Shown: positions 27,691-40,045 of the stretch, piece by piece | How the letters are laid out: each line of letters starts with the position of its first letter | Numbering within the stretch: the first letter of the stretch is position 1 | Source of the DNA: Spizellomyces punctatus DAOM BR117 | Taxonomy: Eukaryota | NCBI GenBank assembly: GCA_000182565.2 | Contig: KQ257457.1 | Direction: 5' to 3' (one strand) | Length of the DNA stretch: 64,000 bases | Made by a program: the position numbers and the translations under genes | The notes under the pieces: model-generated | Database searches by the model: none | Told to the model about the DNA's origin: nothing | The model's input: the letters and a program-made list of their open reading frames with translations, nothing else

Positions 27691-27740
27691 CCATCCATCC
27701 ATCCATCCATCCGTCCATCCGTCCATCTATCCATCCATCC
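27691..27740 (+). repeat. Imperfect (CCAT)n microsatellite upstream of NOP58
   Basis: ccatccatccatccatccatccgtccatccgtccatctatccatccatcc seen directly. Confidence 0.9.
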
Positions 27741-27799
27741 TTCGCACGTTCGACGGGTTTCCATCTTGCACCTTTCATCCATCGATTGACGGTATCGTC

Positions 27800-29533
27800 A
27801 TGTTGGTGCTTTTCGAAACACCTGCGGGGTACGCCCTGTTCAAGCTCTTGGACGATGGAAAGCTCAAGAAGCCGGACGATCTCTACAAAGATTTTGAGAC
27901 TGCGGACCAGGCGAACAAAACTGTGAAGTTGAAGGCATTTGGAAAGTTTGAAAACACAACAGATGCCCTCTCTGCTGTAACAGCGTTGGTGGAAGGCAAA
28001 GTCTCCAAAAACTTGAAAAAGTTTTTGGGTGACGAGTTGAATGCAAAGGATTTGAAAGACCAACTGGCGGTCGGGGACGCGAAACTTGGTGCGTGTGTGA
28101 ATCGCATGTGGTTTCTGTGGGCGTAACGTGAATGTGGAATGCTGATGGATTGACCCATTTACAGGAAGTGCCATTGCCAAGAAACTCGGGATCAAGGTGG
28201 TTTCTGACGCTGCTGTCAATGAATTGATGCGCGGAATTCGTTACCAGCTCTCTTCCCTCATTTCTGGATTGCCGGAACAAGACATGAACGCTATGGTTCT
28301 TGGTCTGTCACATTCACTTTCCCGATACAAGCTCAAGTTCAGCCCGGATAAGGTGGACACGATGATTATTCAGGCAATTGCCCTTCTTGACGACTTGGAC
28401 AAAGAACTCAACACTTACGCCATGAGAGTCAAGGAATGGTACGGATGGCACTTCCCCGAAATGGGCAAGATTGTGGTGGATAACTTGGCATATGCTCGTA
28501 CCGTGAAGGTTATGGGATTCCGGAGTAAGGCTGAAGAGACGGATTTGTCGGAGGTCCTTCCTGAGGAGTTGGAGAAGGAATTGAAAGAGGCGGCAAAGGT
28601 CTCGATGGGTACTGAGATTAGTGACGAGGATATTGAGAACATCACCTATCTGTGTGATCAGATTATTTCGATTTCCGAATACCGTACGCAATTGTACGAC
28701 TACCTGAAGAACCGCATGATGGCCATCGCACCTAATTTGACGTGTCTGGTGGGAGAATTGGTCGGTGCACGATTGATTGCGCATGCTGGATCTCTTTTGA
28801 ACCTCGCTAAGCAACCCGCATCCACCGTCCAAATCCTTGGTGCTGAAAAGGCGCTTTTCCGTGCCCTCAAGTCGAAACACGACACACCCAAATACGGACT
28901 TATATACCATGCATCATTGGTGGGTCAAGCAGGACCGAAGATCAAAGGAAAGATTGCACGTACTGTTGCCACAAAGGCGGCTCTGTCTATTCGTTGCGAT
29001 GCATTGGGTGACACAGAAACACCCAACATTGGTATTGAGCAGCGGGCAAAGGTCGAGGCACGATTGAGGCAGTTGGAGGGTAAGGCGGTTCGCGCCGCCA
29101 TTGGTTCGGCAGCAAAGGGCAAGCCATCACAAAAGAAGTACGAGTTCAATGGTGCACCATCCTATAATGCGGCATCCGATGCTGTGGTGCCTACCACTCC
29201 AGCATCAGAGAAGAGCAAGAAGCGCAAGGCGGAGGATTCAGATGAAGAGGAGGACGCTACACCAGCGACTCCTACACCAGAAGTGAAGAAGGAGAAAAAG
29301 TCAAAGAAGTCGAAGAAGACTGAGGAGGCAGACGGCGCGTCAGGTATTTACCTCTGAAGGATGAGATTCGTCTTTTGTGACAGTGTTAACTTTATACCAT
29401 GTTTTCAGACACTCCAGATAAGAAAAAGAAGAAGCGAAAGGTTTCAGAGGAAGCAGAGGTGAATGGGGTAAACGGCGAGGTGAATGGCGAAGAGAAGACA
29501 AAGAAGAACAAGAAGAAGTCGAAGAAGGATTGA
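27800..29533 (+). CDS. NOP58: Nucleolar protein 58 (box C/D snoRNP)
   Basis: [54 protein letters not shown], Lys/Glu-rich tail; introns ~28089-28164 and ~29344-29408. Confidence 0.96.
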
Positions 29534-30614
29534 ATACTGTGAATATTGGGGCTGGGGGAACGTATAATCATAAACGCAACCGGAAGGACGATCCGAGTGG
29601 TCACGCAGGTGGTTAGTGTGCGGGTGGGACTAGGGTTGCAGTTGCGTTGCATTTTTTATTCTTGCTTGTATCTATTTTTTTCAATTTTAAGATTCCTAGA
29701 GAGGCATTTATCATTCATTTGTCGATATGCGAAAAACTAATGCTGTATGTATGTTTCTTCCATCTCCATTCTATCCAAAAAAGCTCAAATGTAGGCAGGC
29801 ATCCGCAAACAGTTTCTTACGACGCTACCAGTTGTGCAATGCCCGCATCCCGTTCCCAGGATCAAAGCGACACTGACATATTTCCAAGTCGCGCACAGCT
29901 TTAATCGGTTTGCTTTATGTATGAGACTAGTCTGGCCGTGCCCGTTCTCCAATAACCAGCACCCTATAGGAAACCAGTTGCATCCCAAAATTCGTTGTCA
30001 CATCGATATCCTAGGCTTTTCCATTGAGCGATATACATTTATACATTTCCCATTCCTAGGGGGCTCCACTGGTCGTTATCAGTAAATCCAACGATTCAAA
30101 GAGGAAAAAAATTCCAACGGTCGTACACAATGACATTGCAGATGGTATAGTGACAAAGGTGTAAAGTAATTCTTTATCAAAAAGCCCAACCCCACACCCT
30201 GTATACTTGTAAACTCTGGAGAAGGGCCTTGGATATCTTCACCCGTTGTGATTGCGAGCGTCGCATAATGCATTTTTAACACATGTGCCCCTCCATGAAC
30301 CTCTCTCGTCAGTCTTCAGTACATGCGATCCTTCCACATGCCGTATCCCTTTCTAAAAAGCCAGCTTCGGTTCATCAGTAAGCTGCTTGTCAAAACACAA
30401 TGAATGTCTGGCAGGCTAATTCCTGAATCACTGCGGGGGTCGACTTCCCCAAAACGCGCATCGGGTAATGGTACGTGTCACGCGCTCGCGCGAAGCCCAG
30501 CGTCCCCTTCCACCTATCCATCCATCCGCCGTCCCCATCTTTACGCATCCATCCATCCATCACTTTGAGCTACTTTGATATTTGGACACCACCACTGCAT
30601 TCTCTGCATTCGAT

Positions 30615-31412
30615 ATGGTATGTGTGCAAAGTTTGGTGCGATGTGCGTTTCTGGGGGAGATGCTATGGACATTGGAAACAATCCGGTCCGATGAAGGAGA
30701 TGAGACAAATGGACAAGTACAAGCGGCTGGCTTACCACTGTACTTGTAACAGCCAGTAAAGGAGTAGTTAGGCTTGTTGTTTTTGGACCAAGATTAACGC
30801 CATCATTCTTGCGATCAACTTCCGTAGGCTGATAAGGGAGATAACTCTGGGCAAGGTGAAAAGCCAAAGGTGAAGCAGGCTCCACTCTCACGGGCGGCCA
30901 GGGTGAGTATCTCTCTGTTCAATTCTTCTGGTTCTGAATTTTCTGGCAACAGTTTTTCGGGTGGGTAATTGTGGACTGTCTGCTGATCGCACACCTCGGT
31001 TTTGCCAGGCTGGTCTCCAATTCCCGGTTGGCCGTATCCACCGATACCTCAAACAGCGAACGCAAAACAATGTCCGTGTTGGCGCAAAGGCTGCCGTATA
31101 CTGCGCTGCAATTTTGGAGTACCTTACCGCTGAAGTTCTCGAGTTGGCGGGAAACGCATCAAAAGATCTCAAGGTGAAGCGAATTACTCCTCGCCATTTG
31201 CAGTTGGCGATCCGTGGAGATGAGGAATTGGATTCTTTGATCAAGGCGACGATTGCAGGCGGAGGAGTCATCCCTCACATTCACGTAAGTGCTTCCTTGG
31301 GCCTTTTCAGCTGATGCGCACAGGCATCTGATCGACGTACCTTGTCAATGTGTAGAAATCCCTTATCAACAAGACCACCAAGGCAAAGAAAGGCCAAAAG
31401 GAGGTTGCTTAA
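30615..31412 (+). CDS. HTZ1: Histone variant H2A.Z
   Basis: ATG-only first exon, intron 30618-30827, then ...[31 protein letters not shown]...[43 protein letters not shown] (H2A.Z-specific). Confidence 0.96.
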
Positions 31413-31674
31413 TTTATTATTTCTACTGCGTATGCATATAATGGGAGACGTGGTGGAGATTTGGCGGTTAGTAATGAGAGAAATGGGGAAGCAAAACGGC
31501 CGATCTCGCCGTCGTAGCTGGAGCTACGCTCCCTTCATGTGTTTTTGATTCGATTGCTTTTGTACATGTTCGTGAGATGATTTAGTCCCTGGTTGAGGCT
31601 TGTGTTTTTCCTGTCGATAGTTGGAAGAGATGAAAATAAAAAAGTACGATATACCCAGATTGCCTTAACCGTCA

Positions 31675-32241
31675 TCATTGGTCCTGCCATTTTTTGAACA
31701 TCGCCGCCTGTCCAACTATTTCACCAGACTCGTCTCTAACATTCCACACGTATCCATCCCACATCTTGAGTGGGCTGCCATCCTTCTTTACTCTGATGCA
31801 GTCATAATCCTTTACGCATCCCTTCACTGCCACCTCTCTCATAAAATCCTCTCTGCGAGTCCGTTCATCAGGCCCTGCCGAGAGTCGAGAGGGAAATTGA
31901 AGAAGCTCGGCGGGTGTGCGCCCAAACACTGACAGGGCTTTCTCATTGCCTATTTAGAGTTTCATATAAGAAAACATCCGAGTGATACGGCCGCTTTTCT
32001 TCTTGACATGCCAAAAACCATCAAACTCACCGAAATTGTATATTGGATCATGTCCACCCGTTGGCGTTCCCGTGTGCGTTAAGAATATAAAAGGTAAGGC
32101 ATATACCGTGTCGGCAACTTTAAGCAGCTCGTTCTTGGAGGGGCGAGCTGTGAATGGGACTAGGGTTTGGTTAAAGTAATGATGAAACGATACTATAGCG
32201 CGGTGGACATTTCCTAGCGTTGTCGGCGTGTGGTACCACAT
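31675..32241 (-). CDS. Stand-alone MEKHLA (PAS-like) domain protein
   Basis: Two exons (intron 31950-32030) give ...LPFIFLTH...DPIYNFGNEKALSVFGRTPAELLQFPSRLSAGPDERTRRE...KGCVKDYDCIRVKKDG...VWNVRDESGEIVGQAAMFKKW, the MEKHLA consensus pattern. Confidence 0.88.
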
Positions 32242-32584
32242 TGTTGATGAAAGAGACAACGAATGGCGATGGAAGACAACTTGAGATCAAGATTAACAGC
32301 CGAGTCCGTGGCTTGGGACGTGGCGCTCGCTTACGCGCTTTGTCACATCTGCTGTGAGATTTGGGATTTGAAAGCACCGCAAGTGAATAAAAGACAGTCG
32401 AGCACATTACAAGGTCGGGGGTTAATTGATAAATGTCGCCATGCTTGCTTGTAACTGTGCCTGGGCAGGATGTACAGAAGCAAGTGCGATGTCTTAGGTT
32501 AAAACACCGACCACAATATCCAATGCAGTAATGCAGTCTCGCTGTGAATATATTACAATGTAAATGTAGATTACAGTTATCTCT

Positions 32585-34472
32585 TCACCATGGTTCCGAA
32601 TCACCGTCGCCATGCCTGTTGGTAAAGCTTTGATTCCATTTCAACGTTTGATTGATATCCCTCACCCAATCCTTTCCGTGCCTTGTTCGGCTCACGCATG
32701 GGATCGGAAACTGTGACATGCGCACCTGAATTTGAGTGCAAGTGTAAGCTTCAGAAAACCAAGTACGCGTGCGAGCAGTATCTTCACCTCTACATATTCT
32801 TCCTTCCCCAACAGATAAACATCTCTGCCATCGACCGAGACCTGCGCGGTTCCTCTACTGTTTTTTGACAGCTGATGGTGTCGAATAGGTTATTTAGTGC
32901 GTGCGAACAATAACAATGCGGTGCGTGGCCACTTACACGTAATCGAACGGTCAAATATGGAGGTAGCAATGCCGGTCGGAAAGATAGTGATCGCGGGCAA
33001 ATAGGCGTTAAAAGAAGAGATTGTACAGCTGGGTGTACAATAGGTCCACCTACATGAATGCAAGTAGATGAGAAACAGACCTCACGTAACGTGAAGAAAA
33101 AATGCTGACCTGCAGACAGCGAATAAGCTGTCGATCCAGTGGGTGTGGAGACGATGAGACCGTCAGCCTTCGAGACGTTAAAAGGCCAATCATTAATAAC
33201 TATTCTGTCGAATACGTCTTGTATCAATCTACTCACGACAGCGTCCGTCAAAAATTCTCCTCCAACTGAACAATCAATAACTGTCAAATGCGGATTATGT
33301 CCACGGTGCAACGTTATATCGTTCATAGCCTGCAAATCTACACTGCCGACAAAATGTAGGTGGGCGTTTCATACCTCGACACCGAATTAAGAATTATAAC
33401 GTACCTTGGTCAAGGCCATCATACATCACCCTCCGTCCATCATTACGAAAGATGGCACAGGTTAAACGCATACGTAACAGGAGCGGTACGGATCCTTCGA
33501 TCACTTTAATTAGAGCTGTTTGATAGTCTTGGAATCCAAACGGCAGAAGGAAGCCCAATGTTCCCAGAGAAAAGGATATGATCGGCGGAACCGCTCGCGG
33601 GAAAAGAGAGGAAGCATGTAATATGGTACCATCGCCACCTAACGTTATTGCAAAGTCGATTGTCCGGCTGTATTCTACCATATTATCTGAAGCTTTTTGA
33701 TAAACAACCATGTGCAGTCCACACTGAAATTGACTTGTGAGACCAACCCTTGGAGATAACATGGAGTCCAGACACTTCCTCGCCTAGTTCTTCCGCGACT
33801 GCTGGTTCGACGACGATATTCATGTAAGGGTATTCCGAACGAAGCCAGCTGAAAGCATGCATCAATTCAGCCCCAAAGGACATTAGAAGGTCTTACAGAA
33901 GGACAAGCAACAAACCGAACAATCTCTAGAAATGCCGCTCGAGTCCGTTCATCATTCGGCTTTTTCACAATCAGGACAGTGCGAGGTGGTTGCGACCATC
34001 GCAGCAGGTGTTCTGCACTAGTAGAAGCGGGAATGAGAGTTTGGCACATGCCGCCTATGCATGCCGCTCTGTTAAGAAAATACGCCTCACACCTATATTC
34101 ATCACCAATTTTCTGTCGAACCTCTGCTGGCGGTCTGTTCGTGTCGAGATCGTTCCCTGGATAAATAACCTCCATGGTCACCCTGTTGCGGCATGTAGCA
34201 CGGGTCTCACACGGCAGAGAACCGGAAGAGAAGAAATACGCACCAACCACATCCTTTGGTACAGCTTCATCTAGACCAATATGTACTTTATCTGGTAAGG
34301 AAAGGGAGGTCTTCATGGGAGGTGCCGAGAAACGGCGAGCCGCATTGGCCCGTTTGAGTGAATAAGCAAGTCGGGTCCCCACGCATTGCGGAGAATGCTG
34401 CAATATCCTCAGTGAAGGCGTGCCCAAGTGAGTGAACGAGCGGATTGCTGGGCGCAAGCAGCGGAGGGTCAT
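32585..34472 (-). CDS. POS5: Mitochondrial NAD(H) kinase, Pos5-type
   Basis: Presequence [40 protein letters not shown] motif; [45 protein letters not shown]. Confidence 0.88.
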
Positions 34473-34624
34473 GACCGAAATGTTCTAAGTAATGCCGAAG
34501 GTCAAGAAACTCGGATCTGCAACCAAACTGATCGGTGAGTCATGTCGCCCATATGGGTCGCGTAAGCAAGACTGTGTTTCTTTTTGTTTGTTTATCACCG
34601 ACAGCCAGAGATCGCAGAACGGAA

Positions 34625-36788
34625 ATGGACGAGGGGACGATTCCACAGTGGGGGGATTTGTTCACGCAAGATGACATTAACTCTGCCATCAAGATATTCT
34701 CAATATATGCGGAGCATGACGAATACATGAAGCATGCCATGACGAACCCCGACCTTGCCAAGTTGTTCGAGCTAGCACGAAAGACTCTGATTCCGTCCGA
34801 AAAGGAATTGAAGGAGCGGAGAAGGAGGCGAAAGCAGGATAAGAGGGATAAAGATAAAGAGATTTTAGCTGTGGCGGGGATTCGACAAATGCGGAAAGTG
34901 AAGATGGTGGGCTACACTGGTGGCAGTAAGTAGGGTCGGGGAACTCATTCCTCGTTTTCATACATGGTGCTGATTTGATATAGGTGTGGATATTCCTATG
35001 CCACCAAGAATAGGCACCCAAGAAGCCAACGAAGCATTTGCCGCTGAGGATGAGCAGCGATTGATAACAGAGACTGCAGCAGAAACCTCAGCGGTCGTTG
35101 AGGGAGAGGACCGTAGCGCAACCAAAGTAGCTGATGGACAAGCAGTTACAGCTGACACCGATCCAGTACTCCCTCCCCTTCGGAAGCTTACTTACAATCG
35201 TGCATGTCACGTATGCGGCAAACCATTCCGAGAATTGCACCATTTCTACGATCAGCTATGTCCCACCTGTGCAGATTTCAATTTCATGAAGCGGTTTTCG
35301 GAAGCGGATATGCGTGGTCGAGTGTGTATCGTTACTGGAGCTCGCGTCAAGGTTGGTTGGAAACTTTTCCTACAACAAGTCAAGACTGTCGTCTCATCTT
35401 CAGGTTTCGTTTCTTTTTAGATCGGCTACTGCATAGCATTAAAACTTTTGCGTATGGGAGCCATCGTGATTGTTACAACTCGCTTTCCCCATGACGCTGC
35501 ATCGCGCTACGCAAAGGTTCGCCTTCCTTTCCCTTGCATCACAAACTATGGCGTCCACTGCATATTGATTCACTCTTGAACTTACAGGAACCCGACTTTC
35601 TCTCTTTCAAAGGGCGGCTGGCCGTGTACGGAGTAGATTTCCGGGACATTCCACTCATGCATCATTTCTGCCGAGAAATCACTGAACGATTCCAACGATT
35701 AGACGTCATCATCAACAACGCTGCACAGACTGTGCGTAAACCACCTGCATATTATGAACATTTGATAGAAGGCGAGGCAATAGATATTCCGTCAGATGTA
35801 CGAGACGTTATCGACGTTGTAGATGTTTACCGTGCTCGGAATGGTGGATTCATCTTTGGACATGGAGGAAAAAATGCCCTTCCTGCTTCAGCCGTTGCAC
35901 GACTGGAGGAAGTGATTGAAGACGAGGACGGTGTTCGATCTCTTGGGGTCGCTCTGCCAGCTAAACAGGCAATCGCTCATCTACCTGAGGTCAACATGTC
36001 TGCGGCGATGTCACAACTTGCCCTTATTGACAGTGATATCAAACCTACCGCCAAGGTGTTCCCTCCCGGCTTATACGATCGTGACGATCAGCAAGTGGAT
36101 TTGCGGGGTGAGAATTCCTGGACACAAGAACTTGGGCAGATTAGCACGGTGGAAATGATGGAATGTCATGTAGGTAGCGAGGATTGTCATTGCCATGGCA
36201 CATCTTCCCTCACCTAGTCTTTGTTTCAAGGTCATCAATACTTTTGCACCCTGGATTCTGATATCTGAATTGAAACCGCTTATGGAGCGAAGCGCCAAAG
36301 TGGATGGAACAGACGGTATATGCGATAAGGTAAGGCAGATTATCTTAAATGTCTTCTGGTACCCCAATCTGACCGTAAACGATCGCAGTTTATTGTCAAC
36401 GTTTCAGCGATGGAAGGTCAATTTTATCGAAACAAAACAATGTAAGTCCTTTCGAAGCATGCTTTTACAAGGCCAACGCATTGTGTTGAAATGCTTTGTC
36501 TGTAGTTATCATCCTCACACAAATATGGCGAAAGCTGCCCTCAACATGATGACCCGCACAGCATCGGCCGGTTTTGCAGCGGTGAATATCTTCATGACCG
36601 CAGTCGACACTGGATGGATTACAGACGAAAATCCTGTAGACCAGTGGCACAAGCGTGAACACGCACCACCACCACTAGACGAATGGGATGCGGCCATGCG
36701 TGTCCTGGATCCCGTTTTAATGGGTGTTCGTGGAGAAGAGAAACTCTGGGGGGCCTTTTTGAAAAACTACAGACCAACGCGGTGGTAG
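34625..36788 (+). CDS. Atypical short-chain dehydrogenase/reductase with N-terminal CxxC...CxxC motif
   Basis: RACHVCGKPFRELHHFYDQLCPTCADFNF; IVTGARVKIG; TTRFPHDA; LDVIINNAAQTVR; IVNVSAMEG; HPHTNMAKAALNMMTRT; VDTGWITDE. Confidence 0.85.
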
Positions 36789-37084
36789 GAAGTGTATAAT
36801 TTATTGAAACCGATATATGGGTGAAACGGTCCATCTCTTGTGAGCCAACAGACTCAGGGTGACAACCGCAGAGGGCAAATGCAAATTAGAATCCTTGTCA
36901 TTGTCCGTGCATGAACCATCATGATATTTATCCGATTCTCAGTTGGCCTGTTGATGAACAGGAAGATTGTCCATGGTTCTCGTTGTACTGCTCGCACGGC
37001 AACTCTGATCACATGTTGAATAAGATGGCATATGGATGCATATGTCAATCTCGCCGAAAAAGCACCTCATTGGGTCAGGGGACA

Positions 37085-37731
37085 TTACGCCGATTTTGGC
37101 TTGCTCAGCTTGATCCTCTGCTTTTGCTCAAGCTCTTGTACCAGAGCCGGTCCTCTTCGTACCGTCACTTTGATGCAGCTCTTTGGGGATTTGTCCGGTG
37201 CTTGGAAGGTTGTGGTGTCGAGTTCTATTCTTGAACCGTAAATAGTGATATACTAAGAGGTAAAAAAAACCTGGGAAGTATACCATGTCGAGTCGCAATG
37301 CCCGAATTTTCAAGGATAAGGATGACGGAAACACAGTTTGCAAGTGCTGGATGGGGTCAATGTCAGGCAAGTTACGCTGTCGGCGTCCTGCAAAAGGATG
37401 CATTGATGAGCCTACCAGGATCGACGCTGAGGTTTTCACAAGAGTCAGTTCTCGCCATAATATGCACTAACGAACAGGTTCCTTTACCCCACGATCTCCA
37501 CCTCGTCAAACTCTCTCAGAGACGACGCTATCCATTCCGTATATCTGCGGGCCAGAATAGTGGTTGAGTCCCAATCATGAGTCCACCTTCCAGTCAGCCG
37601 CCATACCCACTGAGTTCCGGATCGTCTGGGCCTACGGAGGCTACAATGATTTGACGCTCTGGATCTGGGACGCCATTGAGCGGAAGAGGCTTCGCAACGG
37701 GAACCGGAGGCAGAGACGAAGGGCCTGGCAT
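37085..37731 (-). CDS. Alba-like DNA/RNA-binding protein (5 exons including an 11-nt microexon)
   Basis: Spliced product MPGPSSLPP...YTEWIASSLREFDEVEIVGVDPALANCVSVILILENSGIATRHELDTTTFQAPDKSPKSCIKVTVRRG...; pattern matches small eukaryotic Alba proteins. All introns GT-AG; missed by the ORF track. Confidence 0.7.
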
Positions 37732-37935
37732 GTGAAATGTGTCCGTTGTGTCCGTTGTGCACGAGCACTGTGAGGGTATCGATAATTGGCGTCAGCGTCG
37801 GTTCATCATGGCCGAAAGCCAGCCGTCGCAATTTGTGTGAAGTTTGGAAATTGGGTTTCGCGTCAACGCTTTGGCCTCCCGTGGGTGACTTTTAAAGTTA
37901 CGTTCGCGTTCTAAGCAACTTCAACCACTTTGAAA

Positions 37936-39542
37936 ATGTATCTTCCGCTCACTCCATCCAGCTATGACGGTTGGGTGATACTTCGCACATTATCGATATG
38001 CTCAAACGTCGTGCCTCTTCTCCTCGAGTTTTTTGCATCCTCCGCTCACCTTACAGCACGACGCTTACGCTTTTTGAAGATCGAGGTAGATCGGGCTCTG
38101 GTAGCCTGTGAACTTGCCGAGACCCTATTAGAATGTAAACGAGAGAATGGAACTATCATACAGGCGCGGCAGAGACTTCAAAGGTGTCTGTCAAAACTGG
38201 AAGAGATTGCTGGATCGAACATGGCTGCGGCAGAGGCGTTAGGTGCGCATGCCATAATGTGCAGGCGCCAAAGCGTTCAATCTCACCTTCACACCTCATT
38301 TCTCAAGGACCATGTAGGGAATCGGAGTCATCTTCTGACTTCCTTCCTACCGAGATATTTTGGCTGGTCTCCTCCTTCGTCAGCTCCCCTCAAGATATCC
38401 TCAACCTCTGCCTAGTCAACCGAGCCTTTTACCGCATTTTTACAAAAAGACTCTACACTTCAATATCACTCCTCCGCACGGACTATAAAGACATTCGCAT
38501 GTCTTTATTTAACTTGACGATTACCCTCAGATCCAATCGAGATCTGGCGGCCTTGGTCAAAGACTTTACAGCTGGAATGCAAGGACTTGATGAGGAGAGT
38601 CTTGATGAGGAGAGCCCGGTGCCAACAGCGATGGAGGAGGAAGATCCTGCGGATATGGTATATGAAGTTGTATCAGATCCATTTGCGAACACAGAACAGT
38701 TTGAATGGAGCGTCGAACCACGAGGGAAGATGAGGAGTCATTCGCATGACACGCTAATGCGGAGTCTGCTTTTGGAAAGTATGATAAATCTAGACGCTGT
38801 TCATTTACACTTCAATGCCTGTCTACGACTGAGTGGTTGGCTAAATCGAGCCCAAAGTATGCGGATCAAACATCTTGACTTGAGCTTCTCGTCGATCAAG
38901 AAGTTTCCCGTGCTATCTCACGAAATACGGTCTCTCCAGGAGCTCCTGCTTCGCGATTGTGGAGATCTCCGCACCACCGAATTCACTGATCTCGTCCATA
39001 AATGTCCCAATCTTCGCGCAATCGGCATAAATGGCTGCGAAAACCTATCCGACTCATCCATTTTCGAGTTGCTGTCCTGTTGTCCCAAACTTGAGGCTAT
39101 TGCCTTTGGATATCGTCAACAATTCAAATCGATTGATGCAGTCATTGGCAACATTACCCACCACATGCCCCGTCTAAACGCATTTTTCCTTGATGGCCGT
39201 GACCGGGTACCAGAGTACCCTTTGTATGAGCTCATCACCACACGAGGACATCAGATCAAAACGCTGAGTCTCAGCTTTTGCCTCATAACAGACAAGTTGG
39301 TAGATCTGGTGGCGGAACGGTGTGTTAACTTGGAGGCATTAGCATTGAACGGATGCAAAGGAGCGGTGACGGACGAGTCAGTCACACGGGTCATGGAGAA
39401 ATGTCAGAACCTCACGGTATTCTCGTTGCTGGAGAATGAAGGTGTGAGCTGCAAAGTTGATCAAGAGGTAATCAATCGATTTGGTTGGGATGTGCCGACG
39501 ATCGTTGAAGAGTTTAGGTATTGGAAGAAATGGAAGGCTTGA
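37936..39542 (+). CDS. F-box / leucine-rich-repeat protein
   Basis: F-box LPTEIFWLVSSFV...DILNLCLVNRAFY, followed by cysteine-containing LRRs (CPNLRAIGINGCENLSD; CVNLEALALNGC...VTDESV). 5' exons inferred. Confidence 0.82.
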
Positions 39543-39615
39543 TGATAGATAATAAATTAAGACCAAACAGCTTGCATGGCCACACACTAAGAACCCCCAA
39601 TAAGACTGCCACCGC

Positions 39616-40045
39616 TCATATCCCGGCCTTCTTTGACTGTAATCTCTCCTTCAAAACTGCCTCCTCCTCTCTCAGTTTTCTTCGTTCCTCAAGCAGTGCA
39701 ATCACTCGTTGTTCCTAAAATCGCGGGTTAGTTCGTGTCAACATCAAAATTGCAAGATATCCTGAAAGGCATCAACGAACGGACCTTATCATGAGTTACA
39801 GCAACATTAGCCATATAGGTAGCCAACACTACGCTTCCAAGAATAAAGCTTGCAACCCGGAGAACGGACCAGCCGTAAGATCTCTTTCGCGGGAGTGGGG
39901 CAAGTCGGTCGATGCGGTCGCGTGAGAGTTGAGATGCATATGTCCCTATTGTTTCTGGTACGGCAGGTCGTCGTCCTTCAATGGAAGTGGGGGATGGCGT
40001 GGGAAGAGTCGCTGGGAAATGCAAAGGTCGTGATGCAAAAGGCAT
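39616..40045 (-). CDS. Small single-pass membrane protein with C-terminal coiled coil, unknown function
   Basis: Exon 1 ends ...VASFILGSVVLATYMANVAVTHDK|GT; exon 2 EQRVIALLEERRKLREEEAVLKERLQSKKAGI* is in frame. Confidence 0.55.

Noticed and set aside
28314-29149. Long antisense ORFs over NOP58 (similarly over COQ1, RasGEF and coronin)
   Set aside because: These are shadows of codon bias on the coding strand.
29600-30400. Short ORFs between NOP58 and H2A.Z (e.g. MEGAHVLKMHY... on the minus strand)
   Set aside because: No motif or consistent splice model.
30668-30700. Hammerhead-like GAAAC / CGATGA words in the H2A.Z intron
   Set aside because: The core is CCGATGA rather than CTGATGA and the three required stems cannot be formed.
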